From the NCBI GenBank assembly GCA_044892505.1, contig CM097882.1:377456001-377520000 (forward strand): DNA of 64,000 bases, written 5' to 3'. The notes beneath the pieces were generated by a model that was given only the letters and a program-made list of their open reading frames with translations, was not told the DNA's origin and ran no database searches. This DNA is from Schmidtea nova. Taxonomy: Eukaryota. The position numbers and the translations under genes were made by a program. Below are positions 10,669 to 19,631 of this stretch, in pieces. How positions within the stretch are numbered: position 1 is the first letter of the stretch; each line of letters starts with the position of its first letter.

Positions 10669-11707
10669 TTAATTTACGAAAATGTAATGTCAAATGCGTT
10701 TTTGAATCTTTTGGAAAATTTATTAATTTACCACTATCGTCACGTATATTTATTTCTATATTGTTTATACATGAGGTAGAAATCGGTAAGAACATTGGAT
10801 TATCCATTACTATTTGTACAACTTCATCCTGTTCATATTTTTCGATCCATACCGATTTCAGTAGAGGAACCAGAGAATCACCGACAATTATTGGTTCAAT
10901 AATGTTACTGTATATGAACATTTGTTGATGATGAACAAGTATTTTAGGTTTCACAGTTCCATCGATAAGGTTTCGGTCTCTATACGTTTGTTTAGCTAAT
11001 CCTAAAGTATTGACCAAGTTTTTATCAAATGTAACTTCACTAATATTATCATTGAGACAGAATTGGAACCATTTATTAATCTCTAGAGTTTTAAAGATAT
11101 GGGAACAATTGAATGATAAATATTTAGATAAATCTTCTAGTTGTATTATATACAAATCATTTGCAAATGTAAATGTATCTTCAATTTCTGCATCATAAGA
11201 TATTTTCACCGTAATATCTTCTTTCAAATAACTATTCGGTTCAAATAATATGAACTTTAATTGATATTCTTTCAGTGTACTCACAATTTTAAGTTGATTA
11301 CTTCCCATTCGCTTGGCTTCTTCAATATTTTTAAATGTAATTGTATATGGAGTAAAATCACAATTAATATTTAAACAACCATTGCTGAAATACATACTAC
11401 AATGAACATTCAAATTTTGGTTAGGAATAGTATATATCCTTTCAAAATTGTTGATGATGAATAGACCACTGCATGTTCTATTTTCAATTCTTTTGTAATC
11501 AATTTTACATTGACTATAAAATGGAAATGTGTTGTACACAAACGTGAAATCTTGTAATGCAACTTCCCAATTACCATCTAAATAAATTGGATTTTGAAGA
11601 TTGACCATAAATTTACTGGCTTGATTATCTGGATGTATTAGTGGACAGCTATTACTTGGTAATATAGTATAAAAATTCACTTTACTAGGTCTTTTGATGA
11701 TATCCAT
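10661..11707 (-). CDS. Minor capsid protein (penton, single jelly roll) with a long central insertion
   Basis: FYTILPSNS...P.N..SKF.V.L...I.LDGNWEVAL at the N-terminus; MFIYSNIIEP.IVGD..VPLL...IEINIRDDSG...LTLHFRK at the C-terminus. Confidence 0.92.
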   Translation of the reverse strand: MDIIKRPSKVNFYTILPSNSCPLIHPDNQASKFMVNLQNPIYLDGNWEVALQDFTFVYNTFPFYSQCKIDYKRIENRTCSGLFIINNFERIYTIPNQNLNVHCSMYFSNGCLNINCDFTPYTITFKNIEEAKRMGSNQLKIVSTLKEYQLKFILFEPNSYLKEDITVKISYDAEIEDTFTFANDLYIIQLEDLSKYLSFNCSHIFKTLEINKWFQFCLNDNISEVTFDKNLVNTLGLAKQTYRDRNLIDGTVKPKILVHHQQMFIYSNIIEPIIVGDSLVPLLKSVWIEKYEQDEVVQIVMDNPMFLPISTSCINNIEINIRDDSGKLINFPKDSKTHLTLHFRKLNE

Positions 11708-12724
11708 GAGGGTTCTTTATATCCATGCCACTTTACATAGTATTGTTTATCTTTACCGACCATTTTAGTTTTCAATATTTTTTGAATTCTAAATATTGTC
11801 GGAGGGGGAATAACTTGTAATTCTTGTTCATAGAATTTCCCACTGACTATATTGTTATCAGAATCAGAAATAGTATACATGACAGGATTCTGGACTGTGT
11901 TAACTTTCGATATTTTAAATACCTCATCACTCCAATTACTATCAAAATTTTTAATGAATGGCGATGCACTAATTTTACTAATTCGAACATGATCACCTAT
12001 TTTATATTTAGGTTTCTTTATTTTCGTATCACTCAAAATATTTTCAGTATCAACTACTTCAGCAGGTTTCTTTCCATTTATACCTCGATGATCAGAATGA
12101 TTATAACTATGAATAATTTGTGGTAAAACATTAATCCATGTTTTATTCCCTTGATGCACAAAATACTTTTTGAGCCGATCTCGTAATGTACGATTAAATC
12201 TTTCAACATGAGCGGCTTTGAATTGAGAGAATACTGAGTAATGATTGATTCCCTTTATAATTTCTTTGACTTTGCTATTGTAAAATCATTTACCTAGATA
12301 AATAATTATCATTTTATAAAATATTTATTAGCTTACCCAAATCAGTTTGTAAATTAGTTGGACGTCCACTTTTGAACAATGTTTTGATTGCGATTGACAT
12401 ATCATTAGCAGATTTAGATTTTACTGGAATAGCCCGAGCAAAACGACTGTAAACATCAATACATGTTAAAATATACTTGTATCCCTTGTTAATTTTTGAA
12501 TATGGAATCATTTCCATCAAATCCATTTGCCACAAATCATTAATTCTATATGTTTTATATTCTCGAGTCGGAAACCGTTTCAGCATCGGTTTGTTTAGAC
12601 TGTATGCAAGTTGCCCCGATAACCAACTTTGAGTCTGTTTTTTCGAATTCAATACATTTTTGCTTAGCTTTTCGACTCCACCGAAACCTGCTTCGTGTTT
12701 TGGGTTGGTCCAAATCTTCTCCAT
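11677..12724 (-). pseudogene. rve-type (DDE) integrase with C-terminal chromodomain; one 43-nt intron (12336-12294) and an in-frame TGA (12286-12288)
   Basis: WQMDL, LQTDLG, VERFNRTL triad; chromodomain YYVKWHGY...SWI. Splicing joins ORFs 12314-12724 and 11677-12159 into 334 codons reading TDLG-K-stop-FYN (consensus GKEFYN). Confidence 0.93.
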
Positions 12725-12776
12725 TACAACAAGAAGATTTAAAGTTTAAATTAAGATTAGGCAACGATTGTCCCAT
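12555..12776 (-). CDS. Small hypothetical protein (MGQSL...KSSCC), overlapping the integrase 5' end
   Basis: 73-aa ORF starting 4 nt after the stop of the upstream gene; Gly2 and a di-Cys motif. Confidence 0.35.
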   Translation of the reverse strand: MGQSLPNLNLNFKSSCCNGEDLDQPKTRSRFRWSRKAKQKCIEFEKTDSKLVIGATCIQSKQTDAETVSDSRI

Positions 12777-12779
12777 TGT

Positions 12780-13322
12780 TTATGACTGTTTTCCTAATAA
12801 ACCAGCACCTCTTAATAATGATAATGCTAATGGTAACAATGCTGCAATAAACCCTCCTTGTTGTTTATATATTATTTTACGCATTAATTTTCTATTTTTG
12901 GTTTTTACAAGTGATAACAATGGTTTCTTGTGTTTATTCAAAACTCTTCTATTAGATTCACTTATATTGATTTTACCTCTAACAACTTTAATTAAAATCA
13001 TTAGTAAATCGTCAATAACGTAATTAGGAAACGATTGTAAAATACTCATTCTTCTAATACTAGGGGCTTTAAGTAATGCATTGAAAAATGGGAAACTACG
13101 ATGATGGATTTGTTTCGGATTTGGTTTATAAGTATTTTGAATACGATTACTTTTTGGGATATTATCAATAAGTAATTTTTTAGATGGTGTATAACTGGTT
13201 TTTGAAACTGGTTTCTTTGTTTTCTTTGTAAATAATTTCTTTGAAACTAATTTCTTTCCCGGTTTCTTCATTTTTCTAGCCTTTATCAAGCGCTCAAACT
13301 TTACTCTAGATTTCATTAACAT
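12780..13322 (-). CDS. Basic core protein with C-terminal QQGG/FIAALLPLALSLL (adenovirus pX/mu-like cleavage site plus hydrophobic tail)
   Basis: Lys/Arg-rich; L..HKKPL.SL...RKII.KQQGGF motif conserved in Polinton core ORFs. Confidence 0.75.
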   Translation of the reverse strand: MLMKSRVKFERLIKARKMKKPGKKLVSKKLFTKKTKKPVSKTSYTPSKKLLIDNIPKSNRIQNTYKPNPKQIHHRSFPFFNALLKAPSIRRMSILQSFPNYVIDDLLMILIKVVRGKINISESNRRVLNKHKKPLLSLVKTKNRKLMRKIIYKQQGGFIAALLPLALSLLRGAGLLGKQS

Positions 13323-13342
13323 GATTGATAATATACATCCAG

Positions 13343-13564
13343 TTAACTTTGTTTATAAACCATTGCTCCTTCCTTGTTGAAAATATCTGTTCTAACTCGT
13401 AAATCATCACTACATTGTTGCGTGAAATCAAGAAAAAGATATCCATGAGGGGCTTTTGTGGCATCTTGGAATGCATCAATCAAGAAATTACGATTAGAAG
13501 GGTATGCTTGTCTTGCAAGAAAATCAATAACTGTTGCATCTCTAGGATTTTTTAGTATTATTGT
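13343..13564 (-). pseudogene. C-terminal remnant (73 aa) of the Polinton A32/FtsK-like packaging ATPase; Walker A/B missing
   Basis: Hand translation: TIILKNPRDATVIDFLARQAYPSNRNFLIDAFQDATKAPHGYLFLDFTQQCSDDLRVRTDIF. An in-frame stop lies immediately upstream. Not in the ORF track. Confidence 0.9.
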
Positions 13565-13629
13565 TTATATTTGTTTTAAATAATAGTTTTCATTACAGTT
13601 CTCATATTTAAAAAATATTCATTAAAGTA

Positions 13630-14106
13630 ATGATTAGCAACATAAATTATAAGGGTAAAACTGATGTATCTCACTTGAATTTCCCAAAGGGGAAACCACA
13701 GCAAATTATTGATAGAAGTGGTAAGTACCCGATAATATTTTTTAAGACCGGAAGATTTAGAATAATGGGATGCAAGGAATTTATTAGTGATGAAAAAGTA
13801 AAGATTTATGATTTAAAAATACAATCAATTACTGTAACGGTAGACTTGGGATTTAGTTGTAATTTAAATGTTTTATCTAAATTAATGGATTGTGTTTACG
13901 AACCAGAAATATTTCCAGCTTTGAGATATATAAAATATAATCATATGTGTGTTAATATATTTGCAAGCGGTAAAGTAGTGATATTAGGGTTAAAAAATAG
14001 GGATTATTATAATATAGTTGATAGTATTATTATCGATATAAAATCAATTATTGAAGATAAAGACTTTTTAGATTTTTTATTATCATGTGACTCATGTTTG
14101 CAATAA
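13630..14106 (+). CDS. TATA-box-binding protein (TBP)-like, 158 aa, core domain only
   Basis: Repeat 2 IQSITVT...YEPEIFPALRY...NIFASGKVVILG and repeat 1 SNINY...IFFKTGRFRIMG align by eye to the two TBP repeats. Confidence 0.88.
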   Translation: MISNINYKGKTDVSHLNFPKGKPQQIIDRSGKYPIIFFKTGRFRIMGCKEFISDEKVKIYDLKIQSITVTVDLGFSCNLNVLSKLMDCVYEPEIFPALRYIKYNHMCVNIFASGKVVILGLKNRDYYNIVDSIIIDIKSIIEDKDFLDFLLSCDSCLQ

Positions 14107-14124
14107 ACCTACAATAGTAATGCA

Positions 14125-14244
14125 CGATTCTGATTGGCTGTGTATGTATTTATCAGATAAAGATATATTACGTGCACTCGAATCTGATTGGTTATGTGTG
14201 TATTATTTCATATATGTTGTGTGTGTGTTACTATCGTATATATA
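14125..14244 (+). promoter_or_regulatory. Promoter: two inverted CCAAT boxes plus TATA
   Basis: CTGATTGG at ~14130-14137 and ~14184-14191; TATATATA at 14237-14244, 40 nt before ATG 14277. Confidence 0.5.
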
Positions 14245-14276
14245 CCATGAACATTTTGTGATAATTTATATCTAAA

Positions 14277-14883
14277 ATGAGTCTCACATCGACAAAACTC
14301 AAAAATGGTAAATTAAAAAATTACTTGTTCACATTTTTTATAATTTACGTTTTTAGAAAAGATGATGGCTGTATTATACAGAAAACTGGAAGAAATATTC
14401 CCCAATTTGATGACGCAGCTGACTTACACAGCACCGGAACTACTCCCGTATAAGATCCAGTGTATTACGGGAATAGATATTAATCAAATATTGCTGGACC
14501 ACCTCGCAAATCTAAATGTCGAAATCCCTTTCATGGCCGAGCACATCCTGTGTGCCTATCAATGCGGTCATTGTACTGACCGAATTGAGAGGTTCCGTAT
14601 ATGGATTTTGCGGACGGAACTAAAAAGATTCGAATTAGAATCCTCAAAAGAAGAAGAAGAACCTAAAATATGGCCCAATAGTACTCCTGATTACAATGGA
14701 TCCGCTGATTGTTCGGGTCTTACAGACGAATCGATTCAATGTGATAAATTGTCACAATGCGGCGATTCGCCAGAATCACCTAATTGTGAAGAATGTCATC
14801 GCAAGATTCCCGATGATCTTCCAGATTACGAAGAATGCAATCGTGAAATGATAGATTGCAATCAATCATCACCACAGAAATAA
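14277..14883 (+). CDS. Hypothetical 185-aa protein, two exons (14277-14307, 14357-14883), Cys-containing with an acidic tail
   Basis: A 49-nt phase-1 GTAAAT...TTTTAG intron joins MSLTSTKLKN in frame to ORF 14362-14883. Confidence 0.7.
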
Positions 14884-15454
14884 TTGAATTTATTTTATGT
14901 TTTATGTTATATTTATTGTTATTATTATTATTTATGTTTTTGTGTGTTATAATTACCTTTTTAAGTTTTCATTTAATAAATGTATTAGTATTAGTATTTT
15001 AGTTTTCATTTAATAAATTTATTAGTATTAGTATTTTAGTTTGTTTATAAATTTATATTAAAGTTCAGGTTTTAGTTTATTATTTTAAATAGTAATGTTT
15101 TTCTTAATATAGAGGTTTTCATTATTAAAACAATTTGACTTATAAAGAAATATAAATATTAACTAAATACATAAACATTTTAAATAAAGACATTAAATAA
15201 AACATTTAACTAAATAAAAATACGCACACATGATCAATTATTTAATACATGTGACAGAGATACACATGTGACAAAAACATGTAACAAAGACATACACACA
15301 TTCGACAAAAAACATGTAACAAAGACATACACACACGCATAACATACACACATCCATAACACACAATGTGAATTCTTCATTTTCATTGGACAAAGACATA
15401 AACTCATGACTATAAATACAAAGCTATTTTTTAGATAATGTCACAATTATTAAA

Positions 15455-15844
15455 ATGCAATCTTACAAAGAAAATTTTCCTACTTATGATAATATTTTTA
15501 ACAACCCAATTAATGGGGAAGAAAACAAGAAAGAAGGAATTAAAAGAAAAATCAAGACAGAAGTCAAACCAGTCCAAATGTATTATGACTATAAAATTTA
15601 TTTCTTGGTAGAAGAAATACCTTTTAGATTATTGTATCCGGTTAAATTAACAAAATCATTGTATGACAGTTTAGCTGCAAATATATCTAAAGAAGATGTT
15701 GTTGCACTAAATAAAGTTTTATTGAAAATCAATAAAAATTTAAGTTGCAAAGAAACAATATACATCAACAACAGAAAACTCGTTTTCATGATGCGTTCCA
15801 ATCAATCGAATACAAAGATCAAGAACACTGGTTCATTAATATAA
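15455..15844 (+). CDS. Hypothetical 129-aa Polinton accessory protein
   Basis: ATG-initiated ORF with TATAAATA at 15411-15418. No recognised domain. Confidence 0.5.
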   Translation: MQSYKENFPTYDNIFNNPINGEENKKEGIKRKIKTEVKPVQMYYDYKIYFLVEEIPFRLLYPVKLTKSLYDSLAANISKEDVVALNKVLLKINKNLSCKETIYINNRKLVFMMRSNQSNTKIKNTGSLI

Positions 15845-15999
15845 TTATTCAGGGTTATAAAGTAGATACAAAAGATGTTATAACTCCAATTTGGAGAATT
15901 GACAGTGCACGATATGCATAAATGTTATTTTAAAAATGTTATTTAATAAATGTTCGTAATTTAAATTTTAGTTTTTGATTGTTCCATTTTTTATAAGAT

Positions 16000-16752
16000 N
16001 NNNNNNNNNNNNNNNNNNNNNNNNNNNNNNNNNNNNNNNNNNNNNNNNNNNNNNNNNNNNNNNNNNNNNNNNNNNNNNNNNNNNNNNNNNNNNNNNNNNN
16101 NNNNNNNNNNNNNNNNNNNNNNNNNNNNNNNNNNNNNNNNNNNNNNNNNNNNNNNNNNNNNNNNNNNNNNNNNNNNNNNNNNNNNNNNNNNNNNNNNNNN
16201 NNNNNNNNNNNNNNNNNNNNNNNNTTTGATCTTTTTTTATTATTATTATCAATAATTCTCATAATGACTATAGATCAAAATTTTTTTTTTTTATAAACAA
16301 TAACACAATATTTCGGCACAGCCTTTATCAAGGCTGTGCCGAAATATTGTGTTATTGTTTATAAAAAAAAAAAAATTTTGATCTATAGTCANNNNNNNNN
16401 NNNNNNNNNNNNNNNNNNNNNNNNNNNNNNNNNNNNNNNNNNNNNNNNNNNNNNNNNNNNNNNNNNNNNNNNNNNNNNNNNNNNNNNNNNNNNNNNNNNN
16501 NNNNNNNNNNNNNNNNNNNNNNNNNNNNNNNNNNNNNNNNNNNNNNNNNNNNNNNNNNNNNNNNNNNNNNNNNNNNNNNNNNNNNNNNNNNNNNNNNNNN
16601 NNNNNNNNNNNNNNNNNNNNNNNNNNNNNNNNNNNNNNNNNNNNNNNNNNNNNNNNNNNNNNNNNNNNNNNNNNNNNNNNNNNNNNNNNNNNNNNNNNNN
16701 NNNNNNNNNNNNNNNNNNNNNNNNNNNNNNNNNNNNNNNNNNNNNNNNNNNN
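16000..16752. other. Two assembly gaps (16000-16224, 16392-16752) around a 167-bp island
   Basis: Runs of N. Confidence 0.99.
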
Positions 16753-18059
16753 CCTACTTATTTCTGACATAGAAAAATTGTTCGTGACCTACTTTTTTCT
16801 GACAGAAAAAATATATTTTACCTACTTTGTTGACCTTATAGTACCCTGAATGTACCCTTAATTCTGACTTTGAAAAATTTCGAAATTTATTATTAACCTA
16901 CTTAATTTTTACATAGAAAAAATTTTAGAAATTATTATTATTATTGACCTACTTAATTTGTCCTCACATTGACCTTAAATTGACCTACTTAATTCGTCCT
17001 CACATTGACCTTAAATTGACCTACTTAATTCCGACATAGAAAATATTTTAAATATATTATAACTTTGAATAATTTTATATTTGACCTACTTAATTCTGAC
17101 ATAGGAAAATTTTTATAAAAATAAAGTTGACCTACTTATTTCTGACATAGAAATATTTTTGAGAAAAATAAAGTTGACCCACTTTTTTCTGAAATAGAAA
17201 ATTTTTCGTGACCTACTTTTTTCTGACATAGAAAAATTTTAAGAAAAATAAAGTTGACCTACTTTTTTCTGACATAGAAAAATTTTCAAGTTTTTTATAT
17301 TTGACCTACTTTTTTCTGACATAGAAAAATTTTAAGAAAAATAAAGTTGACCTACTTTTTTCTGACATAGAAAAATTTTAAGAAAAATAAAGTTGACCTA
17401 CTTTTTTCTGACATAGAAAAATTTTTGAAAAAATAAAGTTGACCTACTTATTTCTGACATAGAAAAATTTTCAAGTTTTTTATATTTGACCTACTTTTTT
17501 CGGACATAGAAAAATTTTTAAAATTATTATTGACCTACTTAATTCGTTGTCATAGCAACTATCAAATTTTGAAAAAATTAAGTTGACCTACTTATTCGTT
17601 GTCATAGCAACTTAAAAATATTTGACCTACTTTTTTCTGACATAGAAAAAATTTGAAAATTATATTTGACCTACTTATTTTAACCTTAAATTCACCTTAA
17701 AAATATTTAACCTACTTAATTTGTCCTTATCGTGACCTTAAATTGGCATTCTTTTTTACCTTATAGTGTCCTTAAAACGACCTTGACCTACTTTTTTGTC
17801 CTTAAAGTGTCCTTAAACCATAAATTTGACCTTAAATTCACCTTAAAGTGTCCTTAAAACGACCTTGACCTACTTTTTTGACCTTAAAGTGTCCTCAAAG
17901 TGACCTTGAGCGAAAAATTTGACCTTAAAGTGTCCTTAAAGTGTCCTTAAGCAAAAAATTTGACCTTAAATTGACCTACATAAAATTTGACCTACATAAA
18001 AAAAAATTTTCTAGGGGGGGGGTCTTGACCTATATCTGGCGGGCTCACTTCCTACTACT
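16753..18059 (-). repeat. Right TIR of the Polinton (>=1307 bp; inner edge hidden in the gap)
   Basis: Inverted copy of 1344-2511 with three extra 46-47 bp units. Confidence 0.97.
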
Positions 18060-18104
18060 ATCGTAAGTTGTATGCTTAAGTAAAGAATCGTAAAAAATAT
18101 ATAT

Positions 18105-18107
<3 letters not shown>

Positions 18108-18145
<38 letters not shown>

Positions 18146-18842
18146 CAAGTTGATTCCAATAAAAATATTTATACCGGTCCGCCACAAATTTTGTATTTTT
18201 GACCCGGTCCGTTTCCCAAGGAGTTTGGTGACCCTTTATGTAACCTGTTAAAGGTTTAAATCACATAAATGCGTCTTTTTCAAATCATAATTTTTTTATG
18301 TCGCGTAAATGCCACTTCCTGGAAAAACCTTCAGAGTCAAGATCTTTCAAATTTAAAATAAATATTAAATATTATTATTCGCATATTTAGACAATTAAAA
18401 GAACTCTACGAACTTTGGAACAATAGTTTATATTATAAATATTTTAAATAAATTCTTTTAATAAATTTCTAATAAAAATGTTTATAAAGTACTTTATCCA
18501 TTTCTGAAATAATTATACCAGTATATACAGAAGTATATACTAGCATTAGTAGCGCCCCAATGTGAAACTCATTTGAGACGCCAATTTTCTAGGAGTATTA
18601 TTTTATTGGTTTTAGGTCTAAACTTAATTCAATTGGCAATGTTAAATTTGTAATAAAAACATATTAAAAAATTAATAATTTTTTTTTCAACTGAAATACT
18701 GGATTATTTTTTATATATTTTTTTATTTTATTGAAACAATATTATTCTTTAACCCTTTCAATACGATTTTTTTATTTTTTTTAGCGAAATATATTTGCAC
18801 TTATTCAACAGATTGAAAACTGAATATAACTGATAGATTTTT

Positions 18843-18897
<55 letters not shown>
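18108..18897. repeat. Two (TA)n microsatellites (~18108-18144 and ~18846-18897)
   Basis: Perfect TA runs. Confidence 0.95.
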
Positions 18898-18900
<3 letters not shown>

Positions 18901-18930
18901 GGAGGTACGTATAACATTAATTTTTTAATC

Positions 18931-19554
18931 GAAATAACTAAAGTGAATATAGTAGTCTATTTCAAAGTAAATTTGTACATGTATAATTGATTTTTTTGCG
19001 AAATAACTAAACAATTTGTAAACTAATAGGTGCATTTATTTAAAAAAAAAAGATTTTAAAAAGATTTTTAAAAAATTAAACAAGTGGCACCTCAATGCTT
19101 TGCTAAAGTTGGCTTAGCTAAAGTTGGCACTGAGTATATAAATGAGCATCTTCTTTGTTGAGGATGTCAAAAATAATAAAATAAAATTATTATTTAACTG
19201 ATTTTAATAATAATGGAAAACAAATTAAATAGAAATAACTAAACTGAATATAGTAGTCTATTTCAAAGTAAATTTGTACATGTATAATTGATTTTTTTGC
19301 GAAATAACTAAACAATTTGTAAACTAATAGGTGCATAGTTTTTCAAGGAATTTTTATTTTAAAAAAAAAGATTTTAAAAAGATTTTAAAAAATTAAACAA
19401 GAGGCGCCCCAATGCTTTGCTAAAGTTGGCTTAGCTAAAGTTGGCACTGAGTATATAAATGAGCATCTTCTTTGTTGAGGATGTCAAAAATAATAAAATA
19501 AAATTATTATTTAACTGATTTTAATAATAATGGAAAACAAATTAAATAGAAATA
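18931..19554 (+). repeat. Tandem duplication, ~301-bp unit x2
   Basis: GAAATAACTAAA...GTGAATATAGTAGTC starts at 18931 and 19232. The second copy has a ~20-bp insertion. Confidence 0.92.
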
Positions 19555-19631
19555 GAAACACTGGCATTAATACCAGAGAAGTGAAATTTGAAAAATAATT
19601 TGAAGATAAAGAAATAACAAAAACAATTTAA

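Larger units (their letters stand above)
1344..18059. mobile_element. Polinton/Maverick (polintovirus), 16.7 kb, full-length ends, inactivated copy
   Basis: Termini AGTAGTAGGAAG...CTTCCTACTACT. 6-bp TSD ATCGTA at 1338-1343 and 18060-18065. Long TIRs. Encodes pPolB, PRO, MCP, penton, INT and an ATPase remnant. Confidence 0.98.
1038..18237. mobile_element. hAT (Charlie/URR1-like) MITE of ~480 bp, split in two (1038-1343 and 18066-18237) by the Polinton
   Basis: Left end CAAGGGTCATCAAACTACGGCCCGC; right end AGTTTGGTGACCCTTT (14/16 inverted match). Subterminal CCGGTCCG motifs on both sides. 8-bp flanks TTCTAGCC/ATGTAACC match only 5/8. Confidence 0.55.

Noticed and set aside
4189-12288. Reassigned stop codons or programmed readthrough explaining the TAG in pPolB and the TGA in INT
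   Set aside because: Other genes here end normally at TGA/TAA. There is no CAR-YYA readthrough context, and an independent frameshift and the ATPase truncation show ordinary decay.
12550-13023. Plus-strand ORFs opposite Polinton genes (also 5702-6049, 10644-10928, 11824-12126)
   Set aside because: Antisense shadows of conserved minus-strand genes, with no motifs.
13555-13598. Possible 44-nt 5' UTR intron upstream of the TBP-like ORF
   Set aside because: The acceptor (TTACAG) is good but the donor overlaps ATPase coding sequence and no upstream exon or promoter can be defined.
15939-16770. ORFs spanning N runs (also 59185-59559)
   Set aside because: Artefacts of assembly gaps.
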